Of a stretch of 64,000 nucleotides of DNA, positions 25,382 through 37,900 are shown one piece after another. A program made the position numbers and the translations under genes. Within the stretch, counting starts at the first letter, position 1; each line of letters opens with the position of its first letter. Origin of the DNA: Geosiphon pyriformis uo1 (taxonomy: Eukaryota; Fungi; Glomeromycota); assembly GCA_016748015.1 (NCBI GenBank), contig JAAOMT010000187.1:46448-110447 (forward strand), written 5' to 3'. The notes below the pieces were generated by a model. The model searched no databases, was not told the DNA's origin, and was given only the letters and a program-made list of their open reading frames with translations.

Positions 25382-26764
25382 ATGAACATACAAAAATATC
25401 AACAACTACAATATTATATAAATACTCAACAGTCAAGGAGAAATTATCTCAAAATGAGTGAAATAATATTAAACAACAATCAAAACATTTTATCAATTAT
25501 AAAAATATACTTTACTGAAAAAACAGAAAAAATCCAGATCAACCAATGAGAGTTGTCACAGAACCAGAGAAAGAGACAATATTATTTAACATGCATTCAG
25601 ATCCAACAACAGAATATTTTCATAAAGAAGCAACCATGGAAAGAACAAAAAAAAGATACTATTGGCCATCAATGTATTCAGATATCATTCAATATATTCA
25701 GAATTGTGATGCTTGTCAGAGAAGAGGTGGAACAAAACCCAGTAAACCATTAAGACCAATCAAAGTGAGATAACCATTCAATCATATTAGAATTGACTTA
25801 ATTAGACCATTAACAATTACCAACAAAAACAACAGATACATTGCAGTAGCTATGAACTATCTCACAAAATGGCCAGAAGCAAAAGCCATTCAAAGAGCAG
25901 ATGCAGAATTCATTGCCAAATTTGTTCATCAAGATTTGATTTGTCAACATGGATGTCCAAAAAAACTACTATCAGATCAAGGAACTGACTTTGTGAACAG
26001 AACATTAGTGGAATTAAGTCACTGATTTGGAATCAAAAGACCAGTATTATTATTATACCATCCACAAATGAATGGTTTAGTTAAAAAATTTAATAGAACA
26101 CTGTATAAAGCAATTGCAAAAATTAGTTAAAAAAATCAAGAAGAATGGGATTTGTTTATATCATCAGTATTATTTGCTTATCAGACAATGAAGCAAGATA
26201 CCATACAAGCAACACCATTTGAATTGGTATACAGTAGAACAGCAACATTACCAGTTAAGATAGAGATCAATACATATCCAGCTGAACCAATAACAGAAGA
26301 TAATTTCCAAGAAACATTGTTGAAAAGAACATATGACTTAATGGAAACACTAGAAAACAGACAATGGAAAGCAGCTGATAATATCCAAAAGACACAAGAA
26401 AAGCAAAAAAAAACAACACAATAACCAACTACCAGATAAACCAGTGGAATTCAAGATTAGAGACAAAGTACTATTACATTGTACCAAAGCGGAAAAACAA
26501 TAAAGTGGAAAATTTGACCCCAAATGGAACAGATTATTTTACATTGAAAAAATTCTAGAAAATGAAGCTTATAAATTAAGATGGAACAACAAAATTTTAG
26601 CCAAAGCAGCACATGGTGATTAACTAAAATCATATCACCAGATAGCATCATCATTCACCAATACCATTCTATAATTAGAAATACAAAGGATAATAGTTCA
26701 ACCAGATGAGATTCTACAAGATCTGGAACCAATCATAGTAATTGAACCAAACACATTGAATTGA
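25382..26764 (+). pseudogene. Integrase of element A, starting at its own ATG
   Basis: HSDPT..FH/YYWP/CDACQR zinc domain; IDL..P, SDQGTDF and YHPQxNGLV core; GPF/Y-like C-terminal region; no chromodomain evident. Confidence 0.9.
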
Positions 26765-26819
26765 ACAACCAAAAGAGTATATAAAGACACAGTACATGTA
26801 ACAAAAGCAACCAAAAAAA

Positions 26820-27455
26820 ATGGAAATACCAGATCACATTTACACCATAGTTCAACAACTGTCCCAAGCACTAAGTTAACAACAGTTAGACATGGAAATT
26901 GTTATCAACAACCAAACAATTTGCTATCAAAACACCAAAAGAAAGACAAAGAATACACCATATCAATGAGTATCAAAGAGTGATAAAAACTGGTCAAATA
27001 ATATAATAGAAAAAGTAAAGAACATTTTTGAGAAAATATCTATTATGGCACTAACAGAAAAACTTATAAAAAAGAATTAGAAGCAATAGACAGAACAACT
27101 TCCAATATCATACTGTTACTACCAACTAGATTGAAAGTTAAATATTTAGGAGTTGTATATTAACAAATCCAAGAGAGTATTTAACCAAAACATAATACAG
27201 TAAATTAAAGAATTTATTGGGAAAAAGATGAACTCAATATTACATGTAAGAACAATTTATCAACTGCACAACATATTTCAGAACTATCCAGAAATATTGT
27301 TACACTTTAACATGGAAACCATAACCATTAACCAATGGGAAAGAATAAACAATACACAAGTAGAAAACATAAAGAACAGAGTCGAACAAACAATACTTGA
27401 AAAAGAAGTATTAGAATTAATTTAAAATGAAAATTTTGACAGAGCTCAATATTAA
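26820..27455 (+). pseudogene. Accessory 3' ORF (ORF3) of element A, unknown function
   Basis: TATATAAAG at 26778, AAAATGG start, about 210 codons (now broken) ending at the PPT; homologue at 29844-30479 in element B. Confidence 0.65.
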
Positions 27456-27468
27456 AAGGAGGAGATAA

Positions 27469-28315
27469 TGTTACTCATAAAAAGAAAACAGATATAAAAA
27501 ATAGCAGACCAATAAAAGAATAGTATTTAGTATGTGAACACATTGCTCAGCAATGTGGAGCAATATCAGAAATCATGACACATTGCTTAGCAATGTAGAG
27601 CAATGTCAGAAAACATGGCACATTGCTCAGCAATATGAAGCGATGTTAGAAAATTAGAGCACATTGCTCAAGAAATCATAGCACATTGCTTGGGAATGTA
27701 AGTGATCTCATAGAACATCAATCATGTATATATAGCAGTAGTGTTAGAAGTAAAAAAAATAAGAATCCTTTAGTTAAAAATTTTCCATTCACAAATATTG
27801 AATAAATAAATTATTTACCATCCAAATCCACTCTTCACTATCAACACTCCATATTGATAGTAATTGATACCTAACCACACTAGAACAATAGCTTTTGATC
27901 ATGGCTATTGATGGATACTAACTTGCACATTGTTTTGGCTCATTTCTTTATGTCATTTCTTTTATTTTCTTGTCTTAATTGTTGTTATTACTAACTCTAT
28001 TGAGGATTAATGCATGAAGTACTAACGTCAGAATATAGCACTGGTAAAAGACCCAGAAATAAGGGTAGGACACTTGATTAAGATTAGCTTACCAAGAGAA
28101 ACACCAGCCATTATGCTAAGAAAGAAATTGACAAAACTGCGGTTTCAGGAAGCTATAGATAAAACTATTACCACTGAATCTCTGTCTATTATACAAAGAA
28201 CTCAACCAAAACCTTCAGATAAACACATCTTCAGATTGCCATCATCGACAACAGTCTTGAGCACCAAGTTACAGGTTTGTTATTTACTCCAACAACCAAG
28301 TAAACACCTATAACA
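27469..28315 (+). repeat. 3' LTR of element A (847 bp), preceded by PPT AAAAGGAGGAGATAA
   Basis: Direct repeat of 18157-19022. Confidence 0.95.
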
Positions 28316-31300
28316 CTGTCTTATTATTATTGCCATTAAATTTAAATATGGTTTTGGATAATTTATGATTGTCTCTTCTCTTTTCAGCTATGGTTGTAAA
28401 GAACAAAATTGTAGATTTGGGTTTAAATAGTTTGAAAGTTTTTACTGTCAAAGTTGGTAGTTTGAAATCAAAATTAATAGTCTTAGATGTTTCTGTAGAC
28501 TCAATTTTGGAGAAATTGAATTTGTTGTGTGCAAACTTGAGTTCTTTTACTTGTCTTCTTTTTTAATAACTGACCTGATTTGAAAATTTGCCATGTGTAA
28601 TGTTTAAGATATCAATGTCCTTGCAAAACAGAAAGATATTATTTGCTAACATACAAGTTTGAATAATATGGTTTCTTTCATTATGGAAATAAAGTTGAGA
28701 TTTAGTGTTAAACTATGGATTGCTGATAAGTTTGAGAGAATACAGATATTACATTAGGCTTGGATAAGGGTTTTTTTAGTGCTAATGTGGCCATTGTCAT
28801 AAATAATTCTTTGGCTTATTATGTGTTTAAGATTGAGAAGATTTCTATTAGATTATTTCAGTACAACTTCTATTTAAAAGCAAATTTTTGGTTACAGTTT
28901 GGGTTTATATACTGGTGCTTCTTTTGAAATTAGGTTTAACATGGTGTTACAAATAATTATTTGGGATTTCAAATCAAATAACAAATCTATAACTTGGTGC
29001 TCAATATCTTGACAATGCTGGTAATACTGGTATATTAGTTGTATCTGAAGGTTTTAAAGTTGAGTCTTTTGTATAATAGACAGAGATTCAATGACGATAT
29101 AGTTGATTGATGAGTTGTGTTCCCAATTTTTGTCTTCAGCTTGGTGGCCAGTTTATTCTGGCAGTTGTGCCCTTCTGGTAAGCTATCCATTAATATATAT
29201 ATAATTTTACCTTTATTTCTGGGTCTTTTACCAGGCTATCTATGACATCAATTACTCAGTGCTTTAATCTTTAATCAGTTAGTATACAACAGTAAAAATC
29301 AAAGAAAAAAAGAAATAAAAGAAAATAAAAAAATAAGCCAAGGCAATATACATATTAGTATCTCGTCAATAGCTATGATCAAGAGCTATTGTTCTAGTGT
29401 GGTTAGGTATCAATTACTATCAACATAAAGTGTTGATAGTGGAGAGTGAATTTGGATAATAAATGATTTATTTATTTAATATTTGTGGATGGAAGATTTC
29501 TAACTAAAAGATTCTTATCTTTCTACTTTTAATGCTACTGCTATATATACATAATTAATGTTCTATGAGATTGCTCACATTTCCAAGCAATATACTATGA
29601 TTTTTTGAGCAATGGTCACATTGCTAAGTAATGTGCTCTAATTTTTTAACATTGCTCTACATTGCTGAACAATGTGCCATGTTTTTTGACATTGCTCCAC
29701 ATTGCTGAACAATGTGCCATAATTTCTATCATTGCTCTACATTGTTGAGCAATGTACTCACATGTTACATACTATTCACTTATTGGTCTACTATTTTCTC
29801 TATATCTGTTTTTCTTTTTATGAGTAACATTATCTCCTCTTTTTTAATATTGAGCTCCATCAAAATCTTTATTCTGAATTAGCTCTAATACTTCTTTTTC
29901 TAGTATTGTTTGTTCGACTTTATTTTTCATGTCTTCTATTTGTACATTGTTTATTCTTCCTCATTGGTTAATGGTTATGATTTCCATGTTAGAGTGTAAC
30001 AGTATTTCTGGATAATTCTGAAATATATTGTGCAGTCGGTAAATTGTTCTTACATGTAGTGTTTAGTTCATCTTTTTTCCAATAAATTCTTCAATTTGCT
30101 GTATTATGTTTTGGTTAAATATCCTCTTGGATTTGTCAATATACAACTTTTGAATATTCAACTTTTAACCTAATTGGTAATAACAGTATGATATTGGGAG
30201 TTGTTCTGTTCATTGCTTCCAATTCTCTTTTGTAAATTCTTCTGTTGGTGCCATAATAGGTATTTTCTCAAAAGTGTTCTTTACTTTTTCTATTATTTTA
30301 TCTGACCAGTTTTTATTATTCTTTGGTAACTGCTAATATAGTGTATTCTTTGTCTTTCTTTTGGTGTTTTGATAGCAAATTATTTGGTTGTTAATGATAA
30401 TTTTCATGTCTAAAGGTTGTTGACTTAAGGCCTGAAATAATTGTTGAGTTATGATGTAAATATAATCTAGTATTTCCATTTTTTTTTCTTGGTTGTCTTT
30501 GTCATGTATACTGTGTCTTTATATATTCTTTTATTGTTTGATTTTATGTGTTTGGTCCAATAATTATGATTGGTTTCAGATCTCATGGAATCTCCTTTGA
30601 TTAAACTAGTATTTGTTGTACTCCCAATTGTGGAATGTTATTGGTGGATAATGATGCTATTTGGTAATATGGTTTCAGTCAATCACCATGTGCTGCTTTG
30701 GTTAAGATTTTGTTGTCCCATCTTAATTTATAAGCTCCATTTTCAAGAATTTTTTCTATGTGAAATGGTCTGTCTCATTTGGGGTCGAATTTTCCACTCC
30801 ATTGTTTTTCCATTTTGGTATGATGTAAAAGTACTTTGTTTTCAATCTTGAATTCAACTGGTTTATCTAGTAATTGGTTATCATGTCATTTTTTTTGTTT
30901 TTTTTGAGACTTTTGAATATTATCAGCTGCTTTTTGTCATCTGTTTTCTAGTGTTTCCATTAGGTCATATATTCTTCTCAACAATGGTTCTTAGAAATTA
31001 GCTTCTGTTATTGGTTTAGTTGGATATGTGTTGATCTCTATCTCAACTGGTAATGTTGCTGTTCTATCATATACTAATTCAAATAGTGTTGCTTGTATAG
31101 TATCTTGTCTCATTGTTTGATAAGCAAATAATACTGATGGTATAAACAAATCTCATTCATCTTGGTTTTTTTGACTGATTTTGGCAATTGCTTCACACAA
31201 TATTCTATTGAATCTTTCAACTAGTCCATTGATTTGTAGATGATATAATGATAATAATAGTCTTTTTATCCCAAATCTCTGACTTAATTCTGTTAATGTT

Positions 31301-33405
31301 TTATTCACAAAATGAGTTCTTTGATCTGATAGTAGTTCTTTTGGACATCTGTGTTGACATATCAAATTTTAATGGACAAATTCGGCAACAGATTCTGCAT
31401 CTGCTCTTTGAATGGCTTTTGCTTTTGGCCATTTTGTGAGATAGTCCATAGCTACTGCAATATATCTGTTGCTTTTACCGGTGATTGTTAATGGTCTGAC
31501 TAAGTCAATTCCAATGTGATCAAATAGTTGTCCTACTTTGATTGGTCTTAATGGTTCACTGGGTTTTGTTCCACCTTTTCTTTGACAAGCATCACAACTT
31601 TAAACATATTGGATGATGTTTGAATACATTGATGGCCAATAGTATCTTTTTCTGGTTCTTTCTATGGTTGCTTCTTTATGAAAATGTCCTGCTGTTGGGT
31701 CTGAGTACATATTAAACAATATTGTTTCTTTTTCTGATTCTGTAATTACTCTGGTTGGTTGGTCTGGATTTTTTCTGTTTTTCTGGTAAAGTATATTTTG
31801 ATGATTGATGAAATATTTTGATTGCTGTTTTATGTTGTTTTGTTTTTTTTGAGATAATTTCTTCTTGAACAATTGAGTATTTATATAATGCTAGAGTTGT
31901 TGGTATTTTTGTGTGTTCATCTTTTATTATATTTTTGGGTTGAAATGTTTTTAGATTTGTTTTATTCATAACAAACCATTAGCATTTCCATTGTCTTTTC
32001 TTTTTTTATAATGTATTGTATAATTGAATGGTGAAAGTTCTATTTTCTATTTGGCATGGTAGTTGTCTTCAAATTCTTGCTTCTGAATTGAAGTTAATCC
32101 TTTGTGATTAGTATACACCTTAAACTTTTAACTCAAGTATTCTTTCCATTTGATAACAGCCCAATAGATGACTAAATGTTCCAGTGCTGGAGTTCCATAG
32201 TTCTTTTCAGCTGGACTTAAACTTCTACTGGTGTAAACTACTGGATGCTCTCTTCCATTGGGTTTTTTCTGTGATAGTACTGCTCCCAATTCTTGACCTG
32301 ATGCATTAGTAGTAATGATAAATAGTTTGTTGTGATTTAAATACATCAATACTGGAGCTTGGATAAGCTTTCTTCTCAATGTGTTGAATGCTTCTTGTTA
32401 AGCTTTAGTCCATTCATACTTCACATTCTTGGTTTGGTAGATGGTGAAGTGGCTGAGCTAGTTTAGAAAAGTCCTTGATGAAACAGTGATAATAGCTTAC
32501 AAATCCCAAAAATGCCCTTAGTTTTGGCAAGTTGACTGGTATTAAAAAGTTTTTAACTACTTCAATCTTGTCTAAATCTGTTTTGATTCTATCTTTGCTC
32601 ACCACATGTCCCAAAAACTTGAGTTCAGTTTTTCCAAAGAAACATTTGGTTGTATTTAGTTTCAATACAGCTCTTCTTAATCTTTTGAATACTTGTTGGA
32701 GATGATGCAAATGATCATTAAATGTTTTTGAGAACACATTGGTGTCATTCAAGTATACAACTACTGATTTTCATAGTAATCTAGTATAGACAATTTCCAT
32801 GAACTGTTGGAATGTTGCTGAAGCATTTATCAAGCCAAATGGCATGACTTCAAACTCAAAATTTTTTTCTCTTGTTGTGAACACTGTTTTTTTTTTGTTG
32901 GCTGGATCCATGACTACTTGCTAGTAACCACTATCTAAGTCCAGTATTGAGAACCATTTATTTCCTCCAAAAGCATCGAATAGTTCTTGGATCTTTGGAA
33001 TTGGATAGCTATCATCTTTTGTTACTCCATTCAGTTTCCGGTAGTTTACACAAAAATGGATTTTTCTATTCTTCTTATGAACTAGTACTACTGGTGACAA
33101 CCATGGACTCATTGATGACTGAATTAGCTTGTTGTCAAGCATCTGGTTGATTTATTGACAAATGATCTCATGGCTAGCTGGTGGTACTCTGTATGTTTTT
33201 TGTTTAATTGGCATTGCATCTCCAGTTTTGATTTGATGTCAGATGATATTGGTTTGGCCAAATTTATTTTCACTAGCAAAGATGTCATTAAAATTGTTGA
33301 GTAACATCTTGAGTTGCATTCATTGAAGTGGATTTAGATTCCTCATGTTCATTTATTCCAATTGTTCTGGTTGGAACAGATACCATTCACTTCATCTGTA
33401 GATGG

Positions 33406-34213
33406 TGTTACGGTTTAAGAATTTAGCAAAAAGAATCATAAAAATAATACAAACTATTTAATCATAATATAGCACAGTAATAATCTTAGAAAGGTAATGA
33501 TTAACATAGTAGCAAACACCATCTCGTGATAGTGGCAAGCACCAGTTCACAATAGCAGCCAACACCAACTGGTGATAGCAGCAAGCACCAGATTGAAATA
33601 TCAAAAAGAAAGTATTTTCTCGTAGAACTACAAACATGTATATATACAGTAGTTTTAATATTGGGAAAGAATCAATCAAGTAATAAAAATCATAACTTAT
33701 CAAGCAACAGATCTAATTTTATCCAACAAACCCCACTTTAAATCATACTTTCAAATTAAATATCCCAAGAAACCTTTAAAATCAAAAAGAAATGAAAAAG
33801 AATATTTAAAACTGAACTATCACAACCCAAAGTATTAAGAAACTTACTTGTATTATTTATTGAATGAAACTATCATTCATCAACTGAATCCCTTGGAAGA
33901 ATAATCCTTGATCAAGATTATTCACGTTGTTACTAATTGATAAAAGCTNNNNNNNNNNNNNNNNNNNNCAAGGATAGCCTCAGAGAAGACCCCAGACAGT
34001 GGGTAGATTTCAGTTCAGCCTCTGAGAAGGAGTACATAAACACACACAACAATCAAGAATTAAAGAATAACTTACATCGCAACAGTAAAAAGAAAGCCTT
34101 CAGTGTAATAGTGACATTATCACACAAATAAAATTGAGGAACTCACGAAAGACTGATTGCAATTAAAGTGGGATATCAGCAATTAAATATAACAAGAAAA
34201 CCATCCCATAACA
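33406..34213. mobile_element. Solo LTR (or gap-collapsed element) of a further family inserted into pol of B
   Basis: TGTTA...TAACA ends, perfect ATGG TSD at 33402-33405 and 34214-34217; B sequence is colinear with A once it is removed; contains an N gap. Confidence 0.8.
33949..33968. other. Assembly gap (20 N)
   Basis: Run of n. Confidence 0.99.
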
Positions 34214-34461
34214 ATGGTTTGTAATGTAATGTTCATATATCCGCAAAGCTATGGAAAATCTGGAATGTGATTTGGTAGTTGATTTTCAACTTCAGTGATC
34301 AAATATTCAATAATAGTTCTCTTTGGTATTTCAATGACACTTCTGGTTGTGTTGTAGATAAGAATTTTGATGTTTTTGGGGCTTTTGGCTAATATGTAGA
34401 GATTAGTGAGTCCAATCTCTCCTGATTTGTAAATGGTGGCTTCTGCTTCAAACAACTGAGC

Positions 34462-34989
34462 CTAATTCTTTACTTCTCTTTTTATAAGTAACATATACTG
34501 GTCATATGGTGGAATAGAAATTGATTGACGGGTTAAGATAATTTCTTTTTTGTCAATAACTTCTTCTTCTGCCATATTAACTGGTATGTCTATTCTACCC
34601 ATTAATCCAAATCCCTGTATCCCTTTAGCAGTAATCCTTAATTTTTTTCTGTTTCTCACTGACACTAATTGAGCTATTTTCACCAGAAGTAGGAATATTG
34701 CTTGTGCTATCTTTTTGTTTGGCTCTATGATATAGGCCTTTTTAGAGTTATTTTGTAGCATAGCAATGATATTTCTTACATACCTTGTATCAATTATTTC
34801 TCCTTTAATGTTGATTCTTTTTTTCGCTAAGCTACTCTTAGATGTTAATTGAACCATAGTTGTTGCTGAAATTTCCAGAGCTATTTTGAAATCAATACAT
34901 GTGCGTGAATTTGGTTCCAATTTGATGGCTTCTTTTTCCGGATATCTTAGATCAAACCCTGTATTGGTATCATGTGCGCATTCTGACAT
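34462..34989 (-). pseudogene. dUTPase domain of element B
   Basis: TGFDLRYP, SKSSLA, EIIDTRYVR, KIAQAIF, KGIQGFG. Confidence 0.9.
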
Positions 34990-37900
34990 AATACCTTCAT
35001 TATTGTCACTATACTATTTGAGTTCCTGCTTCTTAAATAGATTAGAAAGTGCAATATATATTTTGGGGTTTGAATTGAAGTCTGAATTGCTGATATTTTT
35101 GTTGCCATTTTGAGCAGAGCTGGAACTATTATTTTCATCATTATCATTGTTGGAGTTTGAATTAGGATTGAAAATTGATTCTGATTCTGATGCACAGTTG
35201 CTGATTGGTTCTTCTTCTTCTGGGATTGTGTAGATCATGTCTGGTGGTAAATTGTAAATAAGATCATACTCATTACAATATTGAAAGTTACATGGAATTA
35301 AACAGTAGTCACATAGTCAAGTGTTGATTTCTTCTAAGCATTGCTTCTGCTTTTCTCTCATAGGTGCTAGCTTTTGATAATGTTCATGGAATTGTTCTGG
35401 ATCTAAGAGATTTATGACTGGTTCTGGGTCTCAGTCAAGTTCTATAGGTTCAGGTGGATTATTTTTAATTGTTTTTATCTCTTCTGGTGTTACTCTTTCA
35501 ATTTTGGCGAGTGCCATTCACCAGATTTCATCATTGTCATGTGGACATCTATCCAGACATTTGACAGCTCATCTCCAAACAGCATCTATAGGTGTTCCTT
35601 TCCTCCTCCAGTCACTTATGAGAATTGTGTATTAATACGATTCATCACACATTTCTTCTTGCCCAGAAATGTCATTCCATATTTCTTTATCTAGAAGAGT
35701 TTCTCCACAAGCCAAACATGGTTTATTGTCTCATTTCCCAACCCATTTTGGCCTTCCAAAGCATTCAATAATGCATGGGTGGCAGTAGAATTTTGTTGCT
35801 GAAGTGTACTTCTCATTATTATCACAATAAGCACTCATTGATGACAATTTCTTGTTGCAATCAATGCATACCAGTTTTGGGTGGCGATAAGTGGATTAGT
35901 GGGGTGAAGTGTAGGAATTATAAGTAAGGTTGCTGTCGGTTGTTGGTTTTTCTTCTTTCCCCTTTCCTTTTCTCTTTTTGTCTTCTTTCCATTCCTAATT
36001 TATTTGTTCTTCCTGGTCATTGTTGGTTTCCCAGGCTTGATCAGCTTTTCAGGTAAGTTCTTCACTCTGCTTTTTTTTGCTGTTGTCATCCCATAAAAGT
36101 ACTGGTGGCAGCTTGTTGTATTTAGTGTTAGTTCAGAAACTTGGTAGGCTTCTTAGGTAGATTTCTTCTTTTCTTTCTCGAATTTGATAAGTGAGATTGT
36201 CAAGTTGGTGGTCTTGAAATGGCCACACATGGCTAGTACGCATGTGTGTTGACTGTTTTGACTAATTTGAAGCTCTTGCATATTCTAATCAAGCAATGCA
36301 TTGGTTTTGGATAGCCAATCATTTCCAACAAGTGCTTGGTATTGGATGGCTTCTATGACCAGTACTTTAATTGGAACCATAATACCATTGACTTCAATAG
36401 GAAAGTTATTGATCTCACCAATAGAAGTTTTTGTTGCTTCATTGGTGATTATAATCCTAGTGCTGGCAGCGTGATCAACTCAGCAACTTAATTGGTCCAT
36501 AAGTTGTTTTGTAATGATGCTGCCAGCTGATCTACTGTCTAGGATCAGTTTAATGGAGTGGCCATTAATTTTGACATCAGTATACATGACCATAATAGGT
36601 TTTTCTTCCAGAGTGGCTCCATTAAATAATGGTATGGTCAATGGTTCTTCGAGTTTAAATGAGAAGATGGTGTCCAGTAATTTGTTCTTGGTGATGGTAG
36701 CTGGCAGAATGTTGCTGGTAAGTGTTGGTTGTTGGTTGATCTTTGGATTATTGGGTTGGGCATCTTCTGTGGTAACCAAGAGACTTAAATAGTTCTAGAA
36801 ATTTGGGTTTTGGGTGTACCCAGTGCCTGAATTCAATTCTCAAGATCCTGCTAATTGTGTAAAAGAACTGGGGATTGGTTGGTGAACTACTATCAATGAT
36901 CTTCAGCTTTGTTGAGTTAATTTCAGCCTTTGAGTTTCATTTTGAGGTAAGTTCTGTGATGGTATTTGAATTTGTTAGGACTGATAGATTACCTGAGGCT
37001 GCAGCTGATAAATAGGTTGTGACTGCAGCTGATAAATTGTCAGTGCTATTGGTTGATAAATTGGTGCTTAATATACTGGTGGATAATAAAGTGGCTGCTG
37101 TGTCATAAGTATGTAATTTTGATAATATGACTCTGAGTTTGGTAGGTTATTTGGAATTTGAAACCAGCAATTGGGTTTTCAATATTGATTTCCCAATTGT
37201 TGGTTATTTAAGCGATGGTGGCAATCAATTTGTAGGTGTCTTTGTTTATCACAATAGTGGCAAACACACATTTCTTGTTGTCACTATTGATTAATCAACA
37301 ATGATAAATATGACTGATTCTGGAAATAATTTGTGTTTCTAGAATTATTGCATTGTTGTGGTGGTTAATAAATTGCGTGATTGTCAGCTAAGTATTCCTC
37401 TAATTTTTGATTGATGGAATCACTAAATTGTTTCAATTTGGAATCCAATTCAGATGATCTATTCATTACTAGGTTAATGGCTTGGGTGTAATTAGCTTTG
37501 AGTTTAGCAGCTTCAAAATCTTGGGTGTTTGTGACAGTTGCTTGCAGACCAATAGAATGCAATAAACATACACGTTGCAGAATACTACTGTATAATCTGC
37601 AAATAAACTGATTTAGGATCTGGGCCACTGTGAAATAATTGGCATCGATGGCTTGGATCTGGTGCAGATTCCTATAGAAGCATCCTAAGTAAGTAGTGAC
37701 TGCTTCATTTTCTCTTTGTTTGATGATAGTAAATGTGTTTGCTAGTCTGTTAATGCTGTTATTGTTGCTGAAGTATCTTAAGAACTCAATTTTGAATGCA
37801 TTGAAATCTTGGGGTTTGTTGACTAGGCTTTAGTACCATGAATTGGTAGTATTCTGGAGAAAATATGGGATGGCTTGCATGGCTCTGGCATCATTCCATC

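Larger units (their letters stand above)
18157..28315 (+). mobile_element. Full-length Ty3/gypsy LTR retrotransposon A (dUTPase-bearing), inactivated
   Basis: LTRs 18157-19022 and 27469-28315 with TGTTA...TAACA ends; TSD CTGT at 18153-18156 and 28316-28319; PBS and PPT; order gag-PR-dUTPase-RT-RH-INT. Confidence 0.96.
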
